53,812 nt of DNA from Gammaproteobacteria bacterium (GCA_009841725.1 VYGS01000095.1:1-53812), one strand, 5' to 3'; counted from the stretch's first letter, positions 17,680 through 27,979 are shown. Made by a program: numbers and translations. Notes: generated by a model not told the origin, from the sequence alone.

Positions 17680-18957
17680 ATGTCCCGCAGCCAATCTCCC
17701 ATGCAATTTTCCGAATTTTCAAAAACGTTCTCCCCGGACAACGGGGTCCTCCAACTCATGGAAGATCTCGGGGAAGCCCTGGAATCGAGATCCGAGACCA
17801 TGATGCTTGGAGGCGGCAACCCGGCGTTCATCCCGCAAATGCAACGGCACTTCCGCAGGGAAATGCAGGCCCTGCTTGACCAGGGAGACGAGTTCGAGAA
17901 AGTCATCGGCAACTATGGCGGCCCACAGGGACAGCAGGGCTTTATCGACCAGCTTGCCGAAATGCTTCAGCATGAATACGGATGGCCGATCACGCGGCAC
18001 AACATCGCCGTCTGCAATGGCAGCCAATCGAGCTTCTCCACGCTGTTTCGCCTCTTCTCCGGAGCGTTTCACGATGGCAGTGTCAGGAAAATCCTGCTGC
18101 CGATCACTCCTGAATACATCGGTTACAACGACACGATCGACCCGGACCTGTTCGAGTCGAAGCGACCAGAAATCAGGGACGATCCCGAAGACAGGCTGTT
18201 CTACAAATACGCCGTCAATTTCAAGGGACTGGATGTCGACCGGCGATACGGTGCCCTGTGCGTGTCGCGCCCGACCAATCCGACAGGGAACGTGATCACT
18301 GACGAGGAACTCGGCCGCCTCAATGAGCGGGCCGAAGCGGCCGGCATTCCGTTCATCATCGACGGAGCCTACGGCCTCCCGTTTCCCGGCATCCTGTTTG
18401 CCGACGCCACCCCGTTCTGGAGCGAAAACACCATCTTGTGCCTGAGCCTGTCAAAGCTGGGCCTGCCCGGCGTGCGCACCGGCATCGTTGTCGCCAATCG
18501 GGAAGTCATCGAAATCGTCAAGGGCTCAAACGCTGTATTCAGCCTTGCCCCGGGGCGCATTGGCCCGGCGCTTGTCAAACGTCTCGTGAAGAGCCGGGAA
18601 CTCCTGGCCCTGTGCCGGGACGTCATTCTCCCCTACTACCGGAACCGGGTCGGCGAGACCGTCTCGCTGGTTCGCGAGACGATGGGGGACCTGCCGATCA
18701 GGATTCACAAGCCGGAAGGCGGAATATTTCTCTGGCTGTGGTTTCCGGGCTGTTCAATCGCCAACACGGAACTCTACGCGAAGCTCAAGAAACGGGGAGT
18801 CTTTGTCATCTCGGGCAATCATTTCTTTCCGGGCCTGAACCAGCCCTGGCAGCACACACGAGAATGCGTCCGCATCTCCTACACAGCCGAATGGAGCCAG
18901 GTCAAAAGCGGCATGGAGATCATCGCCGACGAAATCCGGAGGGCCTACGACGGCTAG
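17680..18957 (+). CDS. avtA: valine--pyruvate (alanine-valine) transaminase
   Basis: FSEFSKTFSPDNGVLQLMEDLG...MLGGGNPAFIPQM...YGGPQGQ...NGSQSSF resembles E. coli AvtA (from memory). The alternative start ATG 17701 matches the E. coli N-terminus better. Confidence 0.85.
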   Translation: MSRSQSPMQFSEFSKTFSPDNGVLQLMEDLGEALESRSETMMLGGGNPAFIPQMQRHFRREMQALLDQGDEFEKVIGNYGGPQGQQGFIDQLAEMLQHEYGWPITRHNIAVCNGSQSSFSTLFRLFSGAFHDGSVRKILLPITPEYIGYNDTIDPDLFESKRPEIRDDPEDRLFYKYAVNFKGLDVDRRYGALCVSRPTNPTGNVITDEELGRLNERAEAAGIPFIIDGAYGLPFPGILFADATPFWSENTILCLSLSKLGLPGVRTGIVVANREVIEIVKGSNAVFSLAPGRIGPALVKRLVKSRELLALCRDVILPYYRNRVGETVSLVRETMGDLPIRIHKPEGGIFLWLWFPGCSIANTELYAKLKKRGVFVISGNHFFPGLNQPWQHTRECVRISYTAEWSQVKSGMEIIADEIRRAYDG

Positions 18958-18999
18958 TCAGGTTCCGAAGGGGCGCGCCGCGCGGGACCCAACAGGCCG

Positions 19000-20529
19000 T
19001 CAGCGGTAGTCCAGGGTCAGGTTGAACCCGGCATCGGCGAGATAGTTCCTCTCGGTTTCAAGATCAAAAATCGTCAACGGGTGGGATTCGGCCCAATCGG
19101 AATCCATGACGACACGAAGGTCGTCGTCCTCCGCCTCAAGGACAATTCCGTCAAGGTCCACATCGGAACGGCTGCGATAGAACGTGATCGCAAGCCTGAG
19201 AATCACGGTCAGCCTCTTGATGCTCACGGCCGACTCAGGCGGCAGCCACTCGATCTCGTTGAACCGCAGCTTCTGCCGGCTGTTTCCCACGATCAGCGCC
19301 AGCATGCGCTGGGCCTGCCGCGAAAAGCCGTCTATGTCGCTGTTCTCGATGATGTAGGCGCCATGCTGGTGATGATGGCTGTATGAAATGCCCACCCCGA
19401 TCTCGTGCAGCTGGGCCGCCCAGAGAACCAGCTTGCGGTGCATCGATTCCTGCAGGTTCCAGTTGCCAAGAACCTGTTTCAGCAACAGCACGGCAAGCTT
19501 TCCGACCCGTCTCGCCTGGTGCGAATCGGAACCGAAAAAGTTCGACAGTTCCCGAACCCCGGCAAACCGCGCGTCCTCGTCGTGCAGACGGTCGATCAGG
19601 TCATAGGCGACCCCTTCGCGCAACGCGCCGTCGGATGTCTCGATCCTCTTGATCCCGAACTCGTCCATCAACACGGACAGAATCACGAATCCGCCCACGA
19701 ACACCGGCCGGCGCTGTTCCGATACCCGCTCCAGAGCCTCGCTGCAAGCGCTCTCCAGCAGCCATTTTTCAATGGCCTGAATGCCTCGGCGTGAAATCCA
19801 GTCTTTCTTGATTCCGAGATCCCTCGACAGGTTGTCGATGGCCCGTATCGTTCCGGAGGTCCCGACCACCTCGTCCCAGCCGATCCGGCGATACTTGTTG
19901 ACGACGGTCTCGAGTTCCCTTCGTATGAACTTCCCGGCCAGACTGATTCGATCCCGCGTGATGATGCCGTCGTCAAAGAATCTTCGCGTCATGCTCACGC
20001 ATCCGATATAGAGGCTGTCCAGTTGAAGCGGGCGAAAACCCTGTCCGGCAATGATCTCCGTACTGCCGCCACCGATATCGATCACCAGGCGCCGGTGGTT
20101 GGAAACAGCCAGCCCGAATGCGGCGCCCAGATAGACCAGGCGAGCTTCTTCGTGGCCGGAAATGATGGAGATGGGATGTCCGAGGGTCCGCTCGGCCCTG
20201 TTCAGAAATTCACGGCTGTTCTTCGCGACACGCAGGGTGTTCGTTCCGACAACGCGGACACGATGAGAAGGAATCGAGGACAGGCGCTGTCGAAAGCGGC
20301 CGAGGCATTGCAGTGCGCGATCCTGTGATTCTTCGGACAACATCCTGTCTTCCTGAAGCCCCGCCCCAAGCCTGACCATTTCGCGAACCCTGTCGACGAT
20401 CCGGACACCGCCCTCCTCTCCCTCGATGGCAATGACCATGTGAAAGCTGTTCGAGCCGAGATCAATGGCCGCCACATAGCTCCGACCGTCGTTTCCCGGA
20501 CTATTTTTCGTCATGCCGAGCTCCTCCAT
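19000..20529 (-). CDS. Ppx/GppA-family exopolyphosphatase / pppGpp phosphohydrolase
   Basis: The N-terminal ASKHA fold has AAIDLGSNSFHMV and DIGGGSTE. The C-terminal HD-like region contains HHQHGAYII. Confidence 0.85.
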   Translation of the reverse strand: MEELGMTKNSPGNDGRSYVAAIDLGSNSFHMVIAIEGEEGGVRIVDRVREMVRLGAGLQEDRMLSEESQDRALQCLGRFRQRLSSIPSHRVRVVGTNTLRVAKNSREFLNRAERTLGHPISIISGHEEARLVYLGAAFGLAVSNHRRLVIDIGGGSTEIIAGQGFRPLQLDSLYIGCVSMTRRFFDDGIITRDRISLAGKFIRRELETVVNKYRRIGWDEVVGTSGTIRAIDNLSRDLGIKKDWISRRGIQAIEKWLLESACSEALERVSEQRRPVFVGGFVILSVLMDEFGIKRIETSDGALREGVAYDLIDRLHDEDARFAGVRELSNFFGSDSHQARRVGKLAVLLLKQVLGNWNLQESMHRKLVLWAAQLHEIGVGISYSHHHQHGAYIIENSDIDGFSRQAQRMLALIVGNSRQKLRFNEIEWLPPESAVSIKRLTVILRLAITFYRSRSDVDLDGIVLEAEDDDLRVVMDSDWAESHPLTIFDLETERNYLADAGFNLTLDYR

Positions 20530-20556
20530 TCAAGCGAAAACCGGTTCAGCGGCATC

Positions 20557-22335
20557 TCACAACGGCGTGAAATAGTCGATCAGCAATTGAACCCCTTTTC
20601 GATCCCTGAACTCGTTCACGTCAAGCTGATACACCGCCTGAATCCGATTCAGCCTCGGTGCCTGCTCACCCGAATTCAGCGCATTGAAGGCAATCGCATC
20701 GAAATCCTTCTCGCCGCCCTTGACGGCGAGCCTCATCTTCAGGTGGATGTCGCCGACAACGCGTGCGTCCCGGACATGGAAATTTCCGAAGAATGTCGGG
20801 ACGGGAAAGGCCTGTCCCCATATTCCCGCCTCCCGGATCGACTCGGCGTTGTCCAGTGACATTTCATCGGGATGGAGCATGCCGTCGGTTTCGATCATGT
20901 CGACATCCCCCTGCTCCCTCAGGAAAATTTCGACCTGCTCCCTGTAGGCTGTCCTGAATGTCTCCAGACCGGCCGGCTCGATCGTCAAGCCGGCCGCCAT
21001 GGCGTGGCCGCCAAACCGGATGATCAGCCCGGGATTCTGGCAGGAAATCGTGTCGAGAAGATCCCGGATATGCAATCCCTTGATCGACCGCGCCGAGCCC
21101 GTCAGGCAACCTTCCTCCGTCCGGGCGAATACAATCACGGGCAGTCCCGTGAGATCCTTCATTCGCGAGGCAACCAGACCGTTTACGCCCTGGTGCCATT
21201 TCGGATCGTACAGGCAAATCCTGCTCTGGAGCTCGTCGTCGCCTTCCGACTCCGTCGTGAAATCCGAAAGCGACAGGTCGCCGACAATCGCGGCCGCCTC
21301 TTCCCGCATCTCCTTCTCTATATCCTTTCTTGCCCTGTTGATGTCCTCAAGACGCCTCGCATACTCGAGAGCCTCGGCATCATCGTCGGCCAGAAGGCAT
21401 TCGATCCCGGTCGAAATCTTCTCCAGCCGACCGGAAGCATTCAGCCTGGGAGCAACCGCAAACCCGAGATCCGTCGACACGATCCGCTCATGCTTCTTGC
21501 GGGACACTTCCAGCAAGGCAAGAATCCCCTTGCAGCACGCGCCTTCACGAATCCTCGAGATGCCCTGGGACACGAGAATCCGGTTGTTGCGGTCCATCGG
21601 AACCATGTCCGCAACCGTTCCCAGCGCGACCAGATCCAGATAGACGGCCAGGTTCGGGGGCGACATGCCGCGCGCCTCGAACCAGCCTCTCGAGGCGAGC
21701 CCGGAACGGACCATGATCAAGAGGTAGAACATGACCCCGACACCGGCCAGGTTCTTGCTACCGAATTCACACCCCTGCAGATTCGGATTGAGGATGGCGT
21801 CCGCCTCGGGCAGCCGGTCTCCGGGCAGATGGTGATCGGTGATCAGCACCCGGACACCCTGTTCCTTGAGGCATTTCACTCCCTCGTGACTGCTGATCCC
21901 GTTGTCGACGGTAATGACCAGGTCGGGTCGCTCCTTGAGCGCCTCTGCGGCGATATCCGGCGACAGCCCGTAGCCGTGCTTGAACCGGTCGGGAACGATA
22001 TACCGGACATCGGCCGCACCGAATGCCCTCAGGGCCCGCACGCCAAGAGTGGTTGCGGTCGCCCCGTCCGCATCGTAGTCTCCAACGATCACGATGCGCT
22101 CTCCCTCGACGATCGCCCGAGACAGCAGGTCCGTGGCGGCCTCGCCATTCCTGAACCCCTGGGGGGAGAGCATTCCGGCAAGCGAGCAGTCGAGCTCCTC
22201 CATGTCCCGTATTCCCCGGTACCAGAAAATCCGTCTCATCAACTCGGACTGGATCGGGAACAGGCCAGATGGACAGGCGGCTCCGATATCCCGCACTTCG
22301 GGCCTCGATACGATTTTCTTGTTTCTGAACCTCAT
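20557..22335 (-). CDS. recJ: single-stranded-DNA-specific exonuclease RecJ
   Basis: DHH family motifs are present (IVGDYDADGATAT, TVDNGISS, LITDHHLPG), along with the DHHA1 GGHAMAAG. Confidence 0.93.
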   Translation of the reverse strand: MRFRNKKIVSRPEVRDIGAACPSGLFPIQSELMRRIFWYRGIRDMEELDCSLAGMLSPQGFRNGEAATDLLSRAIVEGERIVIVGDYDADGATATTLGVRALRAFGAADVRYIVPDRFKHGYGLSPDIAAEALKERPDLVITVDNGISSHEGVKCLKEQGVRVLITDHHLPGDRLPEADAILNPNLQGCEFGSKNLAGVGVMFYLLIMVRSGLASRGWFEARGMSPPNLAVYLDLVALGTVADMVPMDRNNRILVSQGISRIREGACCKGILALLEVSRKKHERIVSTDLGFAVAPRLNASGRLEKISTGIECLLADDDAEALEYARRLEDINRARKDIEKEMREEAAAIVGDLSLSDFTTESEGDDELQSRICLYDPKWHQGVNGLVASRMKDLTGLPVIVFARTEEGCLTGSARSIKGLHIRDLLDTISCQNPGLIIRFGGHAMAAGLTIEPAGLETFRTAYREQVEIFLREQGDVDMIETDGMLHPDEMSLDNAESIREAGIWGQAFPVPTFFGNFHVRDARVVGDIHLKMRLAVKGGEKDFDAIAFNALNSGEQAPRLNRIQAVYQLDVNEFRDRKGVQLLIDYFTPL

Positions 22336-22495
22336 GTCCTGATGGCGGGGCAGCCGGGATCCGTGGCAGATTCGGGATGTCTTCGGAATAACGTTTTCAG
22401 GCTTTTCACGGCGCTACGGTCCGAATCCGAGCCTGCAGAACCAAGACAGCGTCTATCATTGCAAAATATAGGACCATATTAATTTATCATTTATA

Positions 22496-22518
22496 TTTTC
22501 AATTCTATAAATTGAAAA
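22496..22518. promoter_or_regulatory. perfect 9-bp inverted repeat TTTTCAATT-ctata-AATTGAAAA in an AT-rich island upstream of aceA (candidate operator)
   Basis: Read directly. It lies about 83-105 nt upstream of ATG 22601. The line 22441-22500 has 17/60 G+C. Confidence 0.4.
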
Positions 22519-22600
22519 AGACATTATTACAGCCATTGCAATCGATGCCCCGCTACCGGATTATAAACGCTGGCCGTTACATCATCGACGAGTAATTCGC

Positions 22601-23905
22601 ATGACCAGAAAAGAGCAAATTGAAACCCTGCAAAACGACTGGGACAGCAATCCCCGGTGGAAGGATGTCCGCCGCACCTATTCGGCCGAAGACGTGGTCC
22701 GGTTGAGGGGCTCCGTCCAGCCCGAATACACATATGCCCGCAAGGGAGCCGAAAAACTCTGGAAACAGATCAATGGCTCAGCCAGGAAAGGATACGTGAA
22801 TTGCCTCGGGGCGCTGACCGCGGGCCAGGCGCTCCAGCAGGCCAAGGCCGGTGTCGAGGCCATCTATCTCTCCGGATGGCAGGTGGCCGCGGACAACAAC
22901 AGCTCGGAGACGATGTACCCGGACCAGTCGCTCTATGCCTACGACTCCGTTCCCACCGTGGTCAGGCGGATCAACAACACGTTCGCCCGTGCGGACCAGA
23001 TCCAGTGGCAGCGCGGTATCGAAGAGGGAGACCCCCGACACATTGACTACTTCCTTCCGATCGTCGCGGATGCCGAAGCGGGATTCGGCGGCATACTGAA
23101 TGCCTACGAACTGGCCCGAAACATGATCGTCAACGGTGCGGCCGGCGTCCACTTTGAAGATCAGCTTGCCGCCGTGAAGAAATGCGGCCACATGGGAGGC
23201 AAGGTTCTGATCCCGACCGAAGAGGCCGTCCAGAAACTGGTCGCGGCCAGGCTCGCTGCCGATGTTCTCGGGATTCCGACCGTGATCCTCGCGCGAACGG
23301 ATGCCGAGGCAGCCAATCTCCTGACATCGGATTTTGATGACCGGGACAAGCCGTTTCTGACCGGCGAGAGAACCTCTGAAGGATTCTTCAGAGTCCGCAA
23401 CGGCCTTGAGCAGTCCGTCGCCAGAGGCGTGGCCTATGCCGAATACGCGGACCTGGTCTGGTGCGAGACCGGCACGCCCGACCTGGGATTTGCCCGGGAG
23501 TTCGCGCAGGCCGTACGGGCGGTCCACCCCGACCTTCTCCTGGCGTACAACTGCTCGCCCTCGTTCAACTGGAAGCGCAACTTGAACGATACCGACATCG
23601 CCAATTTCCAGGACGAAATCGCGGCCATGGGCTACAAGTACCAGTTCATCACTCTGGCCGGGATACACAGCATGTGGTATCACATGTTCGATCTTGCCTA
23701 CGAGTATGCCCAGGGCAACGGCATGAAGCACTATGTCGAAAAGGTTCAGGAACCGGAATTCTCGGCCGGCGAGAAGGGCTATTCCTTCGTCGCCCACCAG
23801 CAGGAAGTGGGCGCCGGATATTTCGACGACATCACGATGACCGTCCAGGGCGGAAGCTCCTCCGTCACGTCGCTGGCCGGCTCCACGGAAGAAGAGCAAT
23901 TCTGA
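22601..23905 (+). CDS. aceA: isocitrate lyase
   Basis: The signature KKCGHMGGK is present, the N-terminus is ...[32 protein letters not shown], and the 434-aa size is typical. Confidence 0.95.
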   Translation: MTRKEQIETLQNDWDSNPRWKDVRRTYSAEDVVRLRGSVQPEYTYARKGAEKLWKQINGSARKGYVNCLGALTAGQALQQAKAGVEAIYLSGWQVAADNNSSETMYPDQSLYAYDSVPTVVRRINNTFARADQIQWQRGIEEGDPRHIDYFLPIVADAEAGFGGILNAYELARNMIVNGAAGVHFEDQLAAVKKCGHMGGKVLIPTEEAVQKLVAARLAADVLGIPTVILARTDAEAANLLTSDFDDRDKPFLTGERTSEGFFRVRNGLEQSVARGVAYAEYADLVWCETGTPDLGFAREFAQAVRAVHPDLLLAYNCSPSFNWKRNLNDTDIANFQDEIAAMGYKYQFITLAGIHSMWYHMFDLAYEYAQGNGMKHYVEKVQEPEFSAGEKGYSFVAHQQEVGAGYFDDITMTVQGGSSSVTSLAGSTEEEQF

Positions 23906-23983
23906 GACCGTGCCGGGCCATGGATCGGTCCGGCACCCCGGAAAGTTGCTGGGCCTTTCCGCGCGAAAGATTCGCGGCAGCCC

Positions 23984-24787
23984 TCAGGATTCGGATATCA
24001 GCAGGTAGCCCCTGTTTTCAACCGTATCGAAGGTGCGCATCGCCGCGACAAGATCGTCGGCCTGCACCCATACCCAGGGCGCCGAATTCGGGTTGACATC
24101 CATGATCAGAAAGGAGTCGCTGCCCTCGTCATAGGCCCCGAGGGGCGAGATGTGTCCCCCGCCCTTCTGCCCCAGGGCCTTGCGCGAATAGTTGATCAGA
24201 ATGAAATCGTCCCGGGTCTCGAGATTGCGGACCAGCTCCTGCCTGATCGCCCCCGCATCGGCATCGTCATCCACCACCCGTGTGACGACATCGAGCCCGT
24301 GTGCGCGCATCACCTGGGCGAGTTGCCTCAATTGCAGGCCGATATCCCGCTTCAGCTCGCCGTTGATGTCGATCGGCTTGCCAAGCACCTCGATTCTCGA
24401 CTTGGTCTGACTGTTGAGTACGTTGTTCGGCGTGTACTTTCCGAAAAACGGATTGGCCCCCTCCGGAAACCAGGCAAGTTCCTCCTTCTGTATGGATCGG
24501 GTATCCTGAGGCAGATCCGACTTGCGGCCCAGCCTCAGCGCGTTCAGGACAATCGAAGACGATGCCAGGCCACAGAAAACCCAGTTGTCCTGGCTGACGA
24601 AATGATTGCTGAGCGAAAAGAAATCGGCCTTGTGCCGGGAACGGATCAGACGCTCCTCGCTTTGCGGGGTGTCCCAGCCAACGAGGTCAGCGGACGGTGC
24701 CGCTCCCTCGCTTCCCGCATGGGAGCCGACCAAGGGCAGCACTGCCGCAAGCAGAGGCAACAACGGTTTCATGTATCGACGAGTCAT
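23984..24787 (-). CDS. exported phytochelatin-synthase-like (papain-fold gamma-glutamylcysteine transpeptidase/hydrolase) protein
   Basis: The track ORF starts at TTG 24820, and I prefer ATG 24787 (AGGA upstream) or ATG 24772. The signal peptide is MKPLLPLLAAVLPLVGSHAG. The PCS catalytic-triad contexts are QDNWVFCGLASS (Cys), GGGHISPLGAYD (His) and FLIMDVNP (Asp). Confidence 0.8.
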   Translation of the reverse strand: MTRRYMKPLLPLLAAVLPLVGSHAGSEGAAPSADLVGWDTPQSEERLIRSRHKADFFSLSNHFVSQDNWVFCGLASSSIVLNALRLGRKSDLPQDTRSIQKEELAWFPEGANPFFGKYTPNNVLNSQTKSRIEVLGKPIDINGELKRDIGLQLRQLAQVMRAHGLDVVTRVVDDDADAGAIRQELVRNLETRDDFILINYSRKALGQKGGGHISPLGAYDEGSDSFLIMDVNPNSAPWVWVQADDLVAAMRTFDTVENRGYLLISES

Positions 24788-24820
24788 CTTCAGTATCCTG
24801 TCAACGAACCGGGCGTGCAA

Positions 24821-26131
24821 TCAGGACAACTGCTCAACACGAATCCAGACCACCTTGTCCCTGACCGTGTCGAGTTTCTCCACCCTTTCCAGCGCCCTGA
24901 CAAGATTCTTCTCCCGGGTGTTCTGGGTCAGCAGGATGATCGTCACCGGTTCATCCTCCCGGCCGTGGCCCTTCTGCAGTATCGAATCGATGCTGATGCC
25001 GGTTTCACCGAAAATCGCGGATATGGCCGCCATCACCCCCGGGCGGTTCACCGCTTTCATGCGGAGATAGTAGCACGTCTCGATATCGACGATATCGAGA
25101 ATCGGGGCGTCAATCAATGAATCGGACTGGAAGGCCAGATGCGGAACCCGGTTTTGCGGATCGGTCGTGAAGGCCCGGACCACGTCGATCAGATCGGCCA
25201 CCACGGCCGACGCGGTGGGCTCGGATCCGGCTCCGGGTCCATAGAACATCGACTGTCCGACAGCGTCTGCCTGGATCAGGATGGCGTTCATGACCCCCGA
25301 CACATTGGCGATCAGGCTCCGTTTGGGAATCAGGGCCGGATGTACCCTGAGCTCGATGCCGTCGTCCGTCCTGCGTGATATTCCGACATGCTTCATCCGG
25401 TAGCCCAGCTCGTCCGCAAAGGCGATGTCCACCGGCTCCACATTGTCGATGCCCTGCATGTAGACAGACTCGAAGCGCAACGGAATGCCGAACGCAATCG
25501 AGGCGAGTATCGTCAGCTTGTGGGCTGCATCGACACCCTGCACGTCGAACGTCGGGTCGGCTTCCGCATAACCGAGTTCCTGCGCCTCTCTCAGGACCTC
25601 CCCGAATTCCCTCTGTTTTTCCGTCATCTGGGAGAGAATGAAATTGCAGGTTCCATTGATGATCCCGGCCAGCCACTCGATCTGGTTGGCTGACAGGCCT
25701 TCCCTGATGAGCTTGATGATCGGGATGCCGCCTGCTACCGCGGATTCGAAACCGACCATCAATCCCTTCTCGCTCGCCTTCGAAAAGATGGCATTGCCCT
25801 TGCTGGCTATCAGCGCCTTGTTAGCCGTCACCACGTGCTTGCCGTTGTCGAGCGCCGTCATCACCGCGTCGAACACCTCGCCATCGCCGCCGATCAACTC
25901 CACGATCACCTGGATGTCGGGGTGGTTGACCACATCCATGATCCGGTCGGTCAGAACGATGCCGTCGGTATCGAAATCCCGCTTCTTGTCGACATCCCTG
26001 ACCGCGGCGGCAATCACCCGGATTTCCCGGCCGGCACGGCGGGAAATCTCCTCCATGTTTCGCTTGAGCACGGTGATCGTGCCGCCACCGACGGTACCAA
26101 GACCCAACAAACCGATATTGACCGCTTCCAC
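24821..26131 (-). CDS. hom: homoserine dehydrogenase
   Basis: The track start is TTG 26161. GTG 26131 gives (M)EAVNIGLLGLGTVGGGT..., the usual N-terminus. A C-terminal ACT domain is present. Confidence 0.93.
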   Translation of the reverse strand: MEAVNIGLLGLGTVGGGTITVLKRNMEEISRRAGREIRVIAAAVRDVDKKRDFDTDGIVLTDRIMDVVNHPDIQVIVELIGGDGEVFDAVMTALDNGKHVVTANKALIASKGNAIFSKASEKGLMVGFESAVAGGIPIIKLIREGLSANQIEWLAGIINGTCNFILSQMTEKQREFGEVLREAQELGYAEADPTFDVQGVDAAHKLTILASIAFGIPLRFESVYMQGIDNVEPVDIAFADELGYRMKHVGISRRTDDGIELRVHPALIPKRSLIANVSGVMNAILIQADAVGQSMFYGPGAGSEPTASAVVADLIDVVRAFTTDPQNRVPHLAFQSDSLIDAPILDIVDIETCYYLRMKAVNRPGVMAAISAIFGETGISIDSILQKGHGREDEPVTIILLTQNTREKNLVRALERVEKLDTVRDKVVWIRVEQLS

Positions 26132-26190
26132 GCTGCCCGACCCTAAAATTGATAAACTCAACGACCGGATTTTAGCCGATAAAGACGCTC

Positions 26191-26568
26191 ATGAAACTCC
26201 ATCTCGACAAGTCGGACCCTGCGCATCGCATTCGTTCCTGCATCCGGAAAGAATCCGGATTCGAGGTTCGGGTAGGAGACCGCTCATTCACAACGAGCCT
26301 GATCGTCACGCCGGGCGAACTGGTTTCATGGGATGTCGACCACCCGTCCCGTCTTTGCAAGGAAGATTTCGAGAAGATCGCCGCGCTCGGTGCCGAGGTT
26401 GTGATCCTGGGAACGGGAACACGACAGGAATTCCCGGATCCCGCGATCTATCTTCCCCTGATTGAATCCGGTATCGGTCTCGAGGTCATGGACACTCCCG
26501 CCGCATGCAGAACCTACAGCATCCTTCTGTCGGACGAGCGGAACATCGTTGCCGCATTGATTCTTTGA
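26191..26568 (+). CDS. Mth938-like (DUF498/NDUFAF3-like) domain protein
   Basis: 125 aa. The pattern ...FTTSLIVTPGELVSWDV...AEVVILGTGTRQEFP...GIGLEVMDTPAACRTYSIL is typical of this family. Confidence 0.75.
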   Translation: MKLHLDKSDPAHRIRSCIRKESGFEVRVGDRSFTTSLIVTPGELVSWDVDHPSRLCKEDFEKIAALGAEVVILGTGTRQEFPDPAIYLPLIESGIGLEVMDTPAACRTYSILLSDERNIVAALIL

Positions 26569-26753
26569 CTTCGGATTTCCCGAACTGACATCAGACCGTG
26601 AATCAGGCGCCAATCCGGCAATCCCGGTCCCGACGGCATACGGCCTCAACCTGAAACGGCGCTGAACGGGAGCAGGTGAATGATGCCGCCGCCCACTTCA
26701 GTCTCTATATAATCGGTTTAATATTCTGGAACACTACACCATCGATTCTCCCC

Positions 26754-27890
26754 ATGAAACGAACTTTCCTTGCTGCTGCAGTTTTCGCAGGCGTCACCGC
26801 CGTAATCGTTCTGGCCAGCAGCCAGACACAGACGGTCGCCTCGTCACAATCCGGACAGGCATCGGATTCGTCAGCCGTCGCGACTTTTGCCGGCGGCTGC
26901 TTCTGGTGTCTCGAATCGACATTTGAAAAGCTCGACGGCGTGTCGGAAGTCGTCTCCGGATACAGCGGCGGCCACACCCAGCATCCCACCTACAAGGACG
27001 TCGGGAAAGGCGACACGGGCCACACGGAAACGGTCCAGATTCATTACGACCCGGACATCGTCACGTATGACGAGCTGCTTTATCATTTCTGGCGGGAAAT
27101 CGACCCGACCGATCCGATCGGCCAGTTTGCCGACCGGGGCAGCGAATACCGTCCGGCCATTTTCTACCACGATGCGGATCAGCAGGCAGCGGCCGAGTCG
27201 TCTCGGGACCAACTTGCGGACTCTGGACGCTTTGACGAGCCGATCGTCGTCGAATTGATTCCCTTTGAGCAATTCTGGAAAGCCGAGGGCTATCACCAGG
27301 ACTACTACAAGAAATCTCCGCTTCGGTACAAGATTTACCGGACCGGTTCCGGCCGGGACAGGTTTCTCGAATCAGCCTGGGGCGATGATCTCAAGACTCC
27401 CTATCCGAAAGAGTCAAAGGCCGGTCCTGCCGGCGATGAAACCGACCGATACTCCAAGCCGGATGACGGAGTTCTGAAGCAAACGCTGACCCGGATGCAA
27501 TACGAAGTGACCCAGCACGAGGGAACCGAACCTCCGTTTCACAACGAGTACTGGAACCACAAGGCCGACGGGATTTATGTCGATATCGTGTCGGGAGAGC
27601 CGCTCTTTTCATCGACGACCAAGTACCGCTCCGGCACCGGCTGGCCCAGCTTCTGGGAGCCGATCGACGACAGCTTCATCGTGAAAAAGACCGATTACAA
27701 GCTGCTGTACCCGAGAACCGAGGTGAGAAGCCGGCATGGCGATTCCCATCTGGGCCATGTTTTCAATGACGGGCCGGCTCCAACCGGGCTGAGATACTGC
27801 ATCAACTCGGCCTCGCTGAAATTCGTTCCCAAGGAAAACATGCAGACCCAGGGGTACGGCAAGTACCTCGCCCTGTTCGGAGAACAGTAG
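26754..27890 (+). CDS. msrAB: bifunctional peptide-methionine (S)/(R)-S-oxide reductase MsrA-MsrB with N-terminal signal/anchor
   Basis: The track ORF starts at GTG 26676, and ATG 26754 gives [23 protein letters not shown]... The MsrA active site is GGCFWC. The MsrB C-terminus is [13 protein letters not shown]. Confidence 0.9.
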   Translation: MKRTFLAAAVFAGVTAVIVLASSQTQTVASSQSGQASDSSAVATFAGGCFWCLESTFEKLDGVSEVVSGYSGGHTQHPTYKDVGKGDTGHTETVQIHYDPDIVTYDELLYHFWREIDPTDPIGQFADRGSEYRPAIFYHDADQQAAAESSRDQLADSGRFDEPIVVELIPFEQFWKAEGYHQDYYKKSPLRYKIYRTGSGRDRFLESAWGDDLKTPYPKESKAGPAGDETDRYSKPDDGVLKQTLTRMQYEVTQHEGTEPPFHNEYWNHKADGIYVDIVSGEPLFSSTTKYRSGTGWPSFWEPIDDSFIVKKTDYKLLYPRTEVRSRHGDSHLGHVFNDGPAPTGLRYCINSASLKFVPKENMQTQGYGKYLALFGEQ

Positions 27891-27979
27891 GCTCCGGGAT
27901 CCGAATCCGACGGCCCGCGGTCCCGTCCGGTCAGGGCGGGACACCCCCGTCGCCACGAATCGGCAATCGCCGGCTCCGG

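Noticed and set aside
15700-17706. 668-aa minus-strand ORF
   Set aside because: It is antisense to prc, which has clear S41/PDZ motifs. It is a shadow ORF.
20872-22482. 536-aa + strand ORF
   Set aside because: It is antisense to recJ, which has DHH/DHHA1 motifs on the minus strand. It is a shadow ORF.
23910-23936. Hairpin GTGCCGG-N13-CCGGCAC between convergent aceA and the PCS-like gene, and a similar stem at 51081-51104 after yggT
   Set aside because: Neither is followed by a T-tract on either strand, so I cannot call them intrinsic terminators with confidence.
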